Source: Phoronis australis
Lineage: Eukaryota; Animalia; Phoronida
Direction: 5' to 3'
Assembly: GCA_002633005.1 (NCBI GenBank)
Contig: NMRA01000099.1
Coordinates: 885,633 to 949,632, forward strand
Length of the DNA stretch: 64,000 nt
The notes under the pieces were generated by a model. That model saw only the letters and a list, made by a program, of their open reading frames with translations. It ran no database searches and was not told the DNA's origin. A program made the position numbers and the translations under genes. This document shows positions 1 to 10,868 of the stretch, one piece after another (within the stretch, counting starts at the first letter, position 1; every line of letters starts with the position of its first letter).

Positions 1-514
1 TCACAAAACTCGATATAAAATTTGCTTGTTCTACGCTCGAAGCCGTGACGGATATCAATAGTTGCAGATTCAACACCTTGGAATTAGCTATGGACATGAA
101 CTTTGATCCAAGAGTGTAGCAGTGAAGTTGTCGGGCTTGACTCTTGTGTTCGTCCATAGTTGCACCCACACCTGAACTTCATGGTGTAAAATGGTAGGAG
201 ACGGAAAGTCATCGTTGTAACAGTTCATCAGCTGCTTTGCTCTCTTCTCGAAGGTTATATGGTATTAGACGGAGTCCCTTTACTGCTTCATTTGTTAGAA
301 GAGTAAACCGCATGCCAAGCTGTTGTAGACCATCCACGAATGGAATGTAGAAGGCTCGCTTGAAGTACCCTTTGGTCTCTATTGGGGGAACGTTGTTTCT
401 TTGCGTTTGCTTTGCGCATCTTCTGGGAGGCTCAAGAGGAATGTGTGCTTTGCCTGCCATAGCTACCATCTTGTCGTACACAATGTCATTCCACGTCATT
501 TGTCGACAAGCCAA
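1..514 (-). mobile_element. Decayed hAT transposase fragment (PRKRIR/THAP12/ZMYM1-like), C-terminal part
   Basis: PRRCAKQTQRNNVP...YFKRAFYIPFVDGLQQLGMRF resembles this hAT family. A frameshifted continuation reads SVTASSVEQ, like the hAT dimerisation motif. Confidence 0.7.
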
Positions 515-773
515 TTATCCTATAAAATGCGTTGGGTGTACTCAATCGCCTATAATAAGCTACGGCTAGACTGCGCAAGGACGGTGTACTCACCCAGGAC
601 AATAATTGTGAAAGCCCCGTATGCTGTTCTTATATGTGAGCATGCGCATTCCACAGTTCATAGTTTCCTGTACATTTTTCTTATTTACAACATATTATGG
701 CTGTGGTGAGTTGTTGCCGAGATATTTGAACATTTACGCAAGTTTTATCGTGGCTGGTGCCAAACGTGGTAAG

Positions 774-1080
774 ATGACTGTTGACCAGTTTCTCGAGGAA
801 GTGTTCATGGACTCAGATAGTGAAAACGAGCTGGAATTGGCACTCGAAAGTGACGGTGACAGTGACGGGGAAACTAATACAACACTCAACAGTCACAAGT
901 AATGCAGATTCTATCGATTCGGATCTCAGTGCAATTTCGAAGGAGTTACCGGTCCCTGAAGCTGAACTTGGAGGGACTTACGACGATGCTTGGCTCACGC
1001 CCTTCGCGCATACTACGCACAGAGCCTCTGAAACATGATGGAACTCATTCAGAACTAGATATTTTCGTGACTTTTTCACG
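774..1080 (+). mobile_element. Possible piggyBac-like transposase N-terminal remnant
   Basis: Acidic start MTVDQFLEEVFMDSDSE...SDGDSD, then broken WLTPF...SELDIF, a layout like PGBD N-termini. Stops and frameshifts present; termini not resolved. Confidence 0.35.
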
Positions 1081-1496
1081 GAATAGCTTTGTGTTCCCAC
1101 CCCTGTTTCACGTTTTTGCACACCAAGGTGAACAGACTTTAGCAAGCGACTGCACCAGTCATAAATTTGTTATCGTGCAAAGTTAAATGTTAAAAACTGT
1201 ACATTCTTGTTTCTATATGTGATGTTGCAGACAATAAATCTGCTTTAGTAAACATGCAAGTCCCATGAATTCCCTTTTAAAAATGCTTATTACGGTTTTT
1301 GAGTGTCAGCTATAATGTTCTCATGTGCGAAAACAGATAAAAACAAAGGGTGTCCAGTTTGAAAGTTTATAGAGTTATTTACACGGCTATGGTAAAGATA
1401 TGTATATGGTGAAAATCTCCATTAAATTCTGAACAACTTTTGTGCAGACTACTTTTATCTGAAGTTCACACTACCCCTTCAAATTTCCAATTTAAA

Positions 1497-1745
1497 AATG
1501 TTAGGTCATCAATCGGAGTGACCTTCATAACAGCTCAGTGCACAGCAGCAGTGGTGACCTACTTAGCTCAGCGCACAGGGAAAGTTGTCCGAATAGAGGC
1601 TTAGCTGGATAAGGGAAGCTGTGGTGTGCCAGTTGCCTATTGAGACTTGGATTACACCAACTGATATCTAGAGCCTTGCGAATTTTCAGCTCCCTTGTTG
1701 TTTCTGCTTGTTCTATTATAACAAAGTAATTGAAAAAGCATTGCT
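1497..1745 (-). mobile_element. Penelope-like retroelement 3' remnant (GIY-YIG tail) with degenerate hammerhead
   Basis: IIEQ...LKIRKALDI...PSLNRQ resembles the PLE endonuclease C-terminus. It is followed by ATGAA-GGTCA-loop-TGACC, a decayed hammerhead stem II. Confidence 0.55.
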
Positions 1746-4506
1746 CGTAACAATGATTGGAGCTCGAGGTGCGAATCATTTTAACTCACACAGGTAACAA
1801 TATGAAAGAGCACAAAACGGCAGTTTAATAGTTTTGGTTACTTGAGACAGAGCCAATGAGGGTTTGCACAGGGTGGGTGGGTATTATTGATGGTGATCGG
1901 GAGATGTAATTTTCCCCTCCCAAAAATCCTCATCTCAGAAGGCGCAGACACCTTTCTCTTCGGATGAACGAGGGCCCTGTAATCTCTCATAACGTGTTTT
2001 GGTGGTGATAGACCGGCCCGAAACTGGAATCCTCCCCTCATTTTCGGATCGGTCGAAATTCCTGAGTAAACCACAACCCTTTATTTGGCCGGTAACATGC
2101 GATACTTTTGAAGAGTTACCTAATGAAACAACACGTCTGTTTTCACTTTTTTGCTCTCCGGTGGATTTAACTAATTAAAGAAAATTCGAAATGTTTTTAA
2201 AATTTTGAACTCCGTATGTGCTCTCTCCGTAAATATCGGCGAAGTTTTAGCTGAAGTCGCTTCGGTCAGATCAGCCCAGTTTGAAGTAACTTTTAGTATT
2301 ATTACGCGGTAAAGTGGTTTCCTTTGTTTTGAATTTTATATCCGTTAAGAATTTAATTTACACTTATAATTTGAAAGTAAATACACAGAAATTAGCGTGA
2401 AATACCACTAAACCTGAGTTAAAATTCCTGAGAAAGTAACAAATTTCACGAATTTATGAATCCGCAAAGGTCTAATTTTCGCAGTGCCACAGTATTCTAA
2501 GTAATCCGTTTTCGTGGGAGTCGTGAGCACATGTGTGAACTGTAAAGTTTCGTCGTTTTTTGCCGTTTCAAAATGAGAGCGACGGGTAACTGTGTTCAAG
2601 CACATACATTTTTGTTGTAAAGCGAAAATCCCAATGAAAATCGACGCTAATTTCAAGAGTTATCGATTTTTGTCGGAAGTGGCGAAAACGCGGAAGGAAG
2701 TTGAACGCAAAATGACACTAAAACTGTTGAACATTTACCGAAAGTTTTTGCTTCAAAATTCCATCCATTTTCCATGAGAATTATCGGGAACTTTTTAAGA
2801 ACTCCACATTACGATCAATGCTGAACGGCGGTTTGACCGCAGCATATATATTTGGTGGTTATGGGCCATCCACAAACACGCAGTTCTGGATCCGTGTTCG
2901 TTAAAAACGAATTATAGGAAGAGTATATTGGAGCGATCGAACGTTATAAATGAGAGGTACGTTATAATGCGACTCGATTGTGCTTTTCCTGAACATTCTA
3001 ATTCTGTAAATGTTGGGTTAAATAAACAGACGTGTCGAAAAAGTGCTGTACTGTTTAAACTTAATGCCGCCGAAAAAAGTTTCATATGTGAATGTTGTGT
3101 TGACGTTCTAGGCATCTCACCATTCACTTAAAGGTAGTCCCATTGCCAGACCAGGCGTAATTATCATGTTTATTGCCCCTAGCAGTCGAGTGGGTAATGA
3201 ACTATTAAAATCGCTGATAAAACGTGTCAAGTTTATAGTCCCTGTAACCCCCGAGATTCTATCACGATCATTACACGTTATGTGAAGCGGAATTTATCCA
3301 GGATTTCAAAAGCGGGAGTCCAAAGTTCCAAAAAAGTGACCGAACACAGGAGTCCACGCGAGCGTTGACGGTCCGACCGTCGGTACCGCCGTGGCTGCGG
3401 CGCCATGCACTGGTGTATCCACCCATGTAATAACATAGTACAGTGAAGTGGAATAAAAATGTCATTGATAAAACAAAAACCATTCGTTTATTCAATAACT
3501 TTAAATGGAAGTCTATGCAGACGTGTTTGAAACAGTATGTGGAATCATTTTACTCAAATAATATGACGTTCATACTAGAGATGCCAATGTCGACGAACTC
3601 TTAGAGAGGTAAAGATTTCAGCAGCAACGTCCTGTCCTCCATGAAGCCGACAGTCTGAATAAAGTGTCTAAGTGGTAAAGCGTGTCGCATTTTTATCATA
3701 CATGCTCGTGACAGTAGAGCCTATGTCTTCTTTCAATCTCATGTCTTGCACACCGTTCATAGTCAATACCCTCGTAATGTTAGTCTGAATTCGACGTCAA
3801 AAAATAGGTAAATCCAAAATTTTGCACGACCAGAATTCTTGCGGAAATTGCACAACATAAGAGTCCACCACTTCGTCCACCATCTTGAATATCTAATTAG
3901 GTAGAGTAAACAAATCGATTCACGTGCGTTTCCATTTACTTGGACGGTAGAGCAAGTAGAAACCAATTTCTAATAAAGATATCCATTCCCCTGGATTGTC
4001 AAACGTTAGCAACTATGCCATGTTCAGGATTGTAACAAATCCATTCTTCCTGTTAAAACTATCTATTCCTTAAGTTTGGAGCTAATTGTAATAACACCGA
4101 TGTCGTATGTTGTCGGCAAAATTTCGGCACTTTGATTGAAAGGTTCACCGTTCGTTGCACGGGTATTTGTGTTTCGTTGACTGGCTGCGTTGTCACCACG
4201 ATCCGGGTCTGTAGCTGGATTTTTGTCGTACCAGCATCTGAATCAACGTCTGTATATGTGTGGAACATCTCTCGGTTCGTAAAATAATCCTCGAGTCCTT
4301 TAGGCTTTTGCGCGGCAGACGACATGGGTAAGTATGTAGAATGCGCTTGTCAACCATGACGGAAAGCACAGACGACAAAATCCCGTAATTACTCCCCCCG
4401 AAACAGCAAGTCAGGCACTTCAGACACAGTGAGGAGTTGTAACGGCTTGCCAATTTTTCACAGGGTATAATTCTTAATATTGAATCAGCCAAACTAACCA
4501 TTACAA

Positions 4507-5203
4507 CATAGGCAGATTTAGGGGGGCCCATGGGGCCCGCCCCCCCCCCCCCCNNNNNNNNNNNNNNNNNNNNNNNNNNNNNNNNNNNNNNNNNNNNNNN
4601 NNNNNNNNNNNNNNNNNNNNNNNNNNNNNNNNNNNNNNNNNNNNNNNNNNNNNNNNNNNNNNNNNNNNNNNNNNNNNNNNNNNNNNNNNNNNNNNNNNNN
4701 NNNNNNNNNNNNNNNNNNNNNNNNNNNNNNNNNNNNNNNNNNNNNNNNNNNNNNNNNNNNNNNNNNNNNNNNNNNNNNNNNNNNNNNNNNNNNNNNNNNN
4801 NNNNNNNNNNNNNNNNNNNNNNNNNNNNNNNNNNNNNNNNNNNNNNNNNNNNNNNNNNNNNGCGCGCAACCGCTGTGGACCATAAACAAGTAAGTCTCTT
4901 AATACCAGGATAGGTGTTAAATCGTGGTGGTGTAGTGGTAAAGAACGCGGGCTCTATCTGCCGGGTCGTGAGTTTGAGTCTGTGGTGGTTGCAGTTTTTC
5001 CTGTTTGACACGTTCTCCGTGTTTTTTTTTTGCCTTTTTTCTTGGATAATACTTCAGGAATCAAGGAAAATGCTTGATTTTTCGAGAAAAAACAGAAAAA
5101 TTTCCTAGGCAAACCCCCCTCCCGACCTCACCCCATTCGGTGCTGTGCGCATCTGCAGACAAAAATGTTGGGTCTCCCTTGTGATATCCTAGATCCGACA
5201 CTG
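4507..5203 (+). mobile_element. MITE with CATAGGC(G/A)GAT...ATCCG(C/A)CACTG ends and an internal tRNA-like segment (spans a gap)
   Basis: Segment 4915-5203 is the reverse complement of 48185-48495, with the same two termini. Flanks are tacaa/tataa. Confidence 0.75.
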
Positions 5204-5799
5204 TATAAGGTCAGTGAGATGAACTCAAATTCGATTGGCCAGTGACAACGAGAAATGCGCCAAAACTAACCAGTAGTATTCGTCTAAATGAGAGATGCAC
5301 AAGCAGCAACCAATAAAAGTTGTCGAAAGCGTTAACTTTCCATTCACAGCTATGTTGGGTTGCCGGTAACACCGATCTGTGTCACGGGGCGCGCGGACTA
5401 TTGAAAAATGTGCTAAGAAGGCACCTGGCCTATTTATTTGAGCGACGACCGACCTGCCGATAATGTTGAGAAAGAGGTCATCATTTCAAGCAAATTTTTA
5501 AAATTTTGTCCCTCTTTTCTAATTCTGACCCTGCCGTCGGACCCCTCCAAAATAACATTCTGGCCGTCCAAAAGGGGGCAAAACGGCCACAGCGTAAGCC
5601 CTACTCTGAAATCATCGTTTTTGAGAAATTTGCGGAGCATTCAAGGTTTATCGTTTCTTTAAATTACAGAGAACATGCATTAAAAATGATGTATTCCCTT
5701 AGGCAAGTTCAAAGTGATACAAGGCAATGATATGCTTGAAAGTTACTACTTATTTTAGCATCACAGCCACTGGTGATACACTAGAGTCGACTACAACTG

Positions 5800-5965
5800 A
5801 TATCGAGATTGTGTAGTAATTTATTTGCAACGTTGGCCCATTGTATCTGCCAATCTTCACCAACCACTGTCTTATTAATTCTTTGTCAGTATGAAATTGG
5901 TGAAATGGCAATACTTTGTTTCTTCTTTGGTCATTTGTACAACAAGGGACACAGCAGAGAGCCAT
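5800..5965 (-). mobile_element. Truncated THAP domain, transposon remnant (P-element/Harbinger/hAT type)
   Basis: MALCCVPCCTN...FHQFHTDKELIRQWLVKIGR matches the THAP N-terminal half. The closing CxxHF motif is absent. Confidence 0.7.
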
Positions 5966-6169
5966 TGTTAATGTAGAGATTCACTGTAAACAGATTCTTG
6001 AAGACTTAACAGTCTAAAACGAGTTTCTTGGGGAGACGACGTGAATTGTTTGTAAAGAAAACGCAGACAGTGCAAAACAGACCATCAGCTTCTTTTGAGA
6101 ACGCTGCAAAGTGGAGAATTTGTCTCTAGAGGCATTACAGTATATAAAATGGTCACTTACTTAGAGTCT

Positions 6170-6320
6170 TGGTTGGTTGTTAGCAGACGCTTCGACCTGG
6201 TCCGTCAGGTCTTTGTGGATGTATGAGGGATTTCCCGCCTTCCGCTTGTTAAGAATGCTGGAGTACGCGAGGGGGGGGGGGTAAGTGGAGTCCTCCGGTT
6301 CAAGAGGAGGCGCTGACATA
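6170..6320 (-). mobile_element. Penelope-like 3' remnant with degenerate hammerhead
   Basis: Frameshifted PLLNR-GGLHLPPPLAYSSIL, followed by GACCTG-acggac-CAGGTC-GAAG-CGTC. Confidence 0.5.
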
Positions 6321-7803
6321 CTCGTAAGCTCAAAGAGGCCATAAACATCAACATTCTGATTCCTTACAAGTTTTTCTCGGTTACATTACTCTATTCATCT
6401 TTCCAATGCCAACGAAATATTACTGCTGTGTTGTGGGCTGCAACTCCGACGTGAAAAAAATTGGATGAACTGGACAATTACCCGTGGATGCGTAATCTGA
6501 AATTCTTCCCCTTCGCGACATCAATGAGAGACTCGAATACGTCCAAAACTATGTCACGCGCTTTCCTTTCTCTGGGACAAAGGAGAGCTCTATCGCCGTG
6601 CAATCCGGGACGGCCCTATTAGGCGAGAACATTCAAAAGCGCCTACTTACGTGCCCTTTTATTGGAAAACTAGTTTTCTAACTTCAGCTACCTCAGCTAA
6701 ACTAACTAATCGATCACTAGATTCACGTGCGCCTTATTTACCGCAAAACCGGTTATTTTTTAATTAAAGCAAAATGCACGATTGCTTCGTTATGGAATCT
6801 GAGGGGGGCCCTTAGCCCCGTGATGCGCGACTACCTATTTATAGAATCTGGGAGAATTTTTGGGCGGCCAAGCCCCCCAAATCCGCCATTGAGAACGTGA
6901 CTGTGCAAATAAGGTNGCAATCCGGGACGGCCCTATTAGGCGAGAACATTCAAAAGCGCCTACTTACGTGCCCTTTTATTGGAAATCTAGTTTTCTAACT
7001 TCAGCTACCTCAGCTAAACTAACTAATCGGTCACTAGATTCACGTGCGCCTTATTTACCGCAAAACCGGTTATTTTTGAATTAAAGCAAAATGCACGATT
7101 GCTTCGTTATGGAATCTGAGGGGGGCCCTTAGCCCCGTGATGCGCGACTACCTATTTATAGAATCTGGGAGAATTTTTGGGAGGCCAAGCCCCCCAAATC
7201 CGCCATTGAGAACGTGTGCAAATAAGGTATAGTAGATCTCCGCGTCTATTGGTGTATTAGCATCCATTGTTACACTCGACACTTACTGTCGCCCTCTAGG
7301 GCACGGCGCTATGTGCCCGTGTTCTTGGCATATAATGTCGCACATGGCACACGTTGCCGCCCCTCAGGGTGCAACAATGTATACTACTATGTTGTTATGC
7401 CACATATTGTCACTCCCTAAAAGCATTAATGCCTTTAGCGAGGTGAGTCATCAGGGACTGTCGGGAGCAGGGTGTCCTCCCGCTTGAGAAAAATTGTTCA
7501 AATGTGCTTGTTCCATGTATTTTTATCCATGTTTTTCGCTTTTTTACTTTTGCTGCTGTGGCAAAAGACGTGGGGCCCTGCCCCCTCCGGATCGGCTTAT
7601 TACTTGGGTTGTCGTGTCGCGCTAACATAGGTCGTGTCGCGCTGACATGAGTGTAGTAAAGCGCACTACCAAGGAGTTCACTATAGTAGGATTCACTGGT
7701 GAGTTCGCTACTACTAATAGCGCCGCCTTGTAGCATATAAGCAACAGTTAAGTACGAAGCGTGGCAACAATGGGGAAGGGCGCCCTTTGCAGTGCAATAA
7801 ATT

Positions 7804-7937
7804 TATGGGCGGCGCACCATAGGGGGCTGGGAGGCTATAGCACCCCACTTTTCTAGTGCTCCGGCGCCCATTGTCTATGGGTGGTGCACCACAGGGGGGC
7901 TGGGGTGTTACAGTTTTTCAGTGCTGCACCGCCCATG
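7804..7937. mobile_element. Small MITE (tandem dimer), (C)ATGGGCGG...CCGCCCATG; related partial copy at ~43985-44061
   Basis: Inverted termini, two internal units, flanks aaatt/aaatg. Confidence 0.55.
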
Positions 7938-8784
7938 AAATGAGGAACGTTTGTGTGATTTTGTACTGTCCCATGCATAGAGGATGAAAAACATTTTCTC
8001 TGCACTTGTTTTGTCTACACTGATCTCAGAGCAACGTTATCTCAGTGCTGAGGTCATGTTGGTTTGTCCCACCTTTGCAGAGCCAAAGAGTCAGAATATC
8101 GGTTTGTTTTCTTGATGACAAACACATCTGTGAGTGAATTAGTTTTCAAGTTTATTTGTAACGCGTTTCTTAGGTGAAAAAAGGTGTTGTGTAGGGTTGA
8201 CGTAACAGAGACTGAGAAGGTTAGTCAAATTTTGTTGTTGCCTATTTTGTATGTTTTTGGAGATTGTGACTGAATAAGCGCAAGTTGTGACTCGTTAACA
8301 GACATGATCTCGCAGTCAGGCTGTCACTTACATGAAATATTCATTGTTACATTGTAATTTCGGTCTCGGCCGATACGCGGAATAATATAGAGTTGGATAT
8401 TACTTCATCTACGCCACTCTCAGTACGTTTTATGTATGTATTTTGAAATGAGTACTTTTTATGGGGTATTTTATCGCCTGCGGCGTACACAGCGTTTAAT
8501 TGCCTACACTGCGAAAAGCATGATTCGTCCGATCTAAAGTGAGGATTTCACTATTGGGTTTGCTCATTCAAAATTGACCCTCCGACAATTTTGCGTTTGT
8601 TGAGTACGTCTAGCTACACCCGAGTACCTTCGCAAATATTCATATGTAGCACCGCATTGATTACTACACGTAAAATCGGGTGATATGAAGACTTTGGTGA
8701 GCTTTAAGTCGCTGCCGTGCACACCCACGCTACGAGGTCCGGTAGACCCGAGACACTTGAAGACCAGGTACAGTGTAGTATGAT

Positions 8785-8819
8785 CAAGGAGTGTAGTACA
8801 ATTCTTCTTACACTCCTTG
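8785..8819. mobile_element. 35-bp micro-MITE
   Basis: 11-bp inverted termini CAAGGAGTGTA/TACACTCCTTG with a perfect flanking direct repeat gtatgat (8778-8784, 8820-8826). Confidence 0.7.
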
Positions 8820-9989
8820 GTATGATCACTTCGATTTTAATGCATGGCGATATGTCGTGAAATCTTGCTCGATCTTGCATTTTTGAGAGTTCTTTGCAGT
8901 TCCGGCTAATTCGCTGTAAAGAGCGAATGCTTACAGACGAACGTGTCTCGCCGGGCAGGTTTAAACGACCTTTTTTGAATCACTTGCTAAATTACAACGA
9001 ACGCGACGCAAAGAGGAATACTAGCGATTAGTGTTTATTGTGAAAAAAGACTTATGCACGACTTCTTATTTATTTTAGTAAATACTGCACAGAAATGCTT
9101 TTGCACCTTATAAAATCGTCAGTTTTTAATGATATTAGTTATTATTATAACTTTTCAAAGTGGCTATAAACTTGAATTTCCATTAAAAGGAACTTTTGAT
9201 TTATGCCACTTACTGTTGCAAAATTATTCCCGACGTGACGCGTTCCTTATACAGATCATTAAGTGATTTCTGGGCTTGCAAACAACTGTCAGATCGTTAT
9301 TCCTTGAGGCCATGTTCGGGGACCGTCAACTTGTACAGCCTGGTTACAAGAAATAACCGCCTACAACTGAAGTCACCTTTAATTTGACTAAGGGCCAACT
9401 TGAGCCGATTTCATCATAATGGTAAGTGACCTAGTTCATAGGGAAGGAAAGCGAGTTTAAAACCACTTTAAGTTAACGCGTATGACGTTCCTAGTTGAGT
9501 TTAGCATTCACTAATACTATCTTTGTCAGTGATGTTAATGGTGTGAGATATTTAGTCAGATTAGAAGTACACCCTTGCCTCTGTGATAGTAATCGTGAAG
9601 CGAGCATTGAAGTCTGTAAGCCGATCGTGAACACAAAGCTATACGATCGTGAACTAGCTTTCTCTATAACTGGCCCAAATAATTCCTTAATTTATCATTT
9701 TCTATATTTTATTGTATGTGGAAACACGTTTACTGCATGCTATAATTTACATGTATTTGACAAGTGTCTGTCACGAATGCATTTAATATTTGTCTATTTT
9801 CTGGAGTATTTAGGCAGACATAATGCCCTGCAATGTTCCCCAAGAGTTCCATTTAAGCTCTGTTTAGCTGACTAAAAACGAAAATCGAATTCAATCTTTT
9901 ACCCTCGTGAAATTAGTCTCATAATATTCCTTACCGTGATAGCCTATTGAAACCCCCAGCCACTTAAACAAACGCTTAAGAGACGTTTA

Positions 9990-10110
9990 GGGGTGGCCAA
10001 CCCTAAAATTGCGAATTCGAAAATAGTGCACGGATACGTTGCATCTGAGCTGAGTTGCTGACTCATTCGGCAACAAGATCGAATGAGCGTGGTAATATTT
10101 TTTAAAACCC
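9990..10110 (+). repeat. Dispersed repeat, second copy at ~31490-31610
   Basis: Shared GGCCAACCCTAAAA...CTCATTCGGCAACAA...GATCGAATGA..GTGGTAAT. Confidence 0.7.
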
Positions 10111-10711
10111 AAAAGCGCTCAGGTTAAGAAATCAACATCAACAGCTAAATAGAGGCGAAATGCCCTTTTCATCGTAATTGTATTGTTTTTACAAACTGGG
10201 TTTTAAACGACGTAATTAGTGTTCTCACATGACCTGGAATGTGTTACGACTGGTTAATAACACCGAGTATGTAACTTTTTTATGTTACATGGGCGAATCA
10301 CAAAGTAGTGCAAAGTATTTTATAGTCTGCAAAACACTGAAACAACCAAACGACAACCAAACAATGCCGGAATTCCAAGAAGGTGACAGGGTAGTATGAT
10401 TGACAAATCGGGTGTCGCAATTGTACGTACTCCCAGTCGGAAGGACATGCAAACAACTTCTGAAACGGACCCATCTTCGGCGGCGAATTCCATAACCACG
10501 TTCATTCAAACGGAGACGAACCCCACTGTCTAGGTGTACTGTCTCAAGGTCAATTCAGTGCTCACGCGCGGGGAAGCCATCCTGACTGTTATTTATAAAC
10601 ATTTTTTAAGTTTTAATATTACAACTTCAAAAACTATTTATTATATTCTAACTTGAATATTTGTTACGAAAGCTGAATGCAATTTATGCTTAAAATAAAA
10701 CTACTAAAGTC

Positions 10712-10868
10712 CTGCCTACCGTTCAGTAACGCTAGGACCTCGCTAAAAAGCAAGACTTCGCGAGATTGCGTGAGATATTGCCGTGCATTGTAAATACGAA
10801 CACGTGACTTTGACTAGGTTTTAGCTAGGTCCTACCGTAGGTCCTAGCGTCTACTGAACGCACGCCTG
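10712..10868. mobile_element. MITE family CGTTCAGTA.CGCTAGGACCT; other copies at 15478-15634, 35290-35948 (interrupted) and ~61270-61345 (partial, reverse)
   Basis: Near-identical copies with inverted subterminal repeats. Confidence 0.8.

Noticed and set aside
4059-4325. 88-aa minus-strand ORF MSSAAQKPKG...
   Set aside because: No recognisable family and no linked exons found.
4193-5011. Long ORFs spanning 4554-4861, and similarly 13218-13589
   Set aside because: They are open only because of N gaps.
6600-7228. Near-identical ~315-bp tandem duplication
   Set aside because: The two copies are separated by a single N (6916) and differ by a few SNPs and one small indel, which is typical of uncollapsed allelic contig ends rather than a real duplication.
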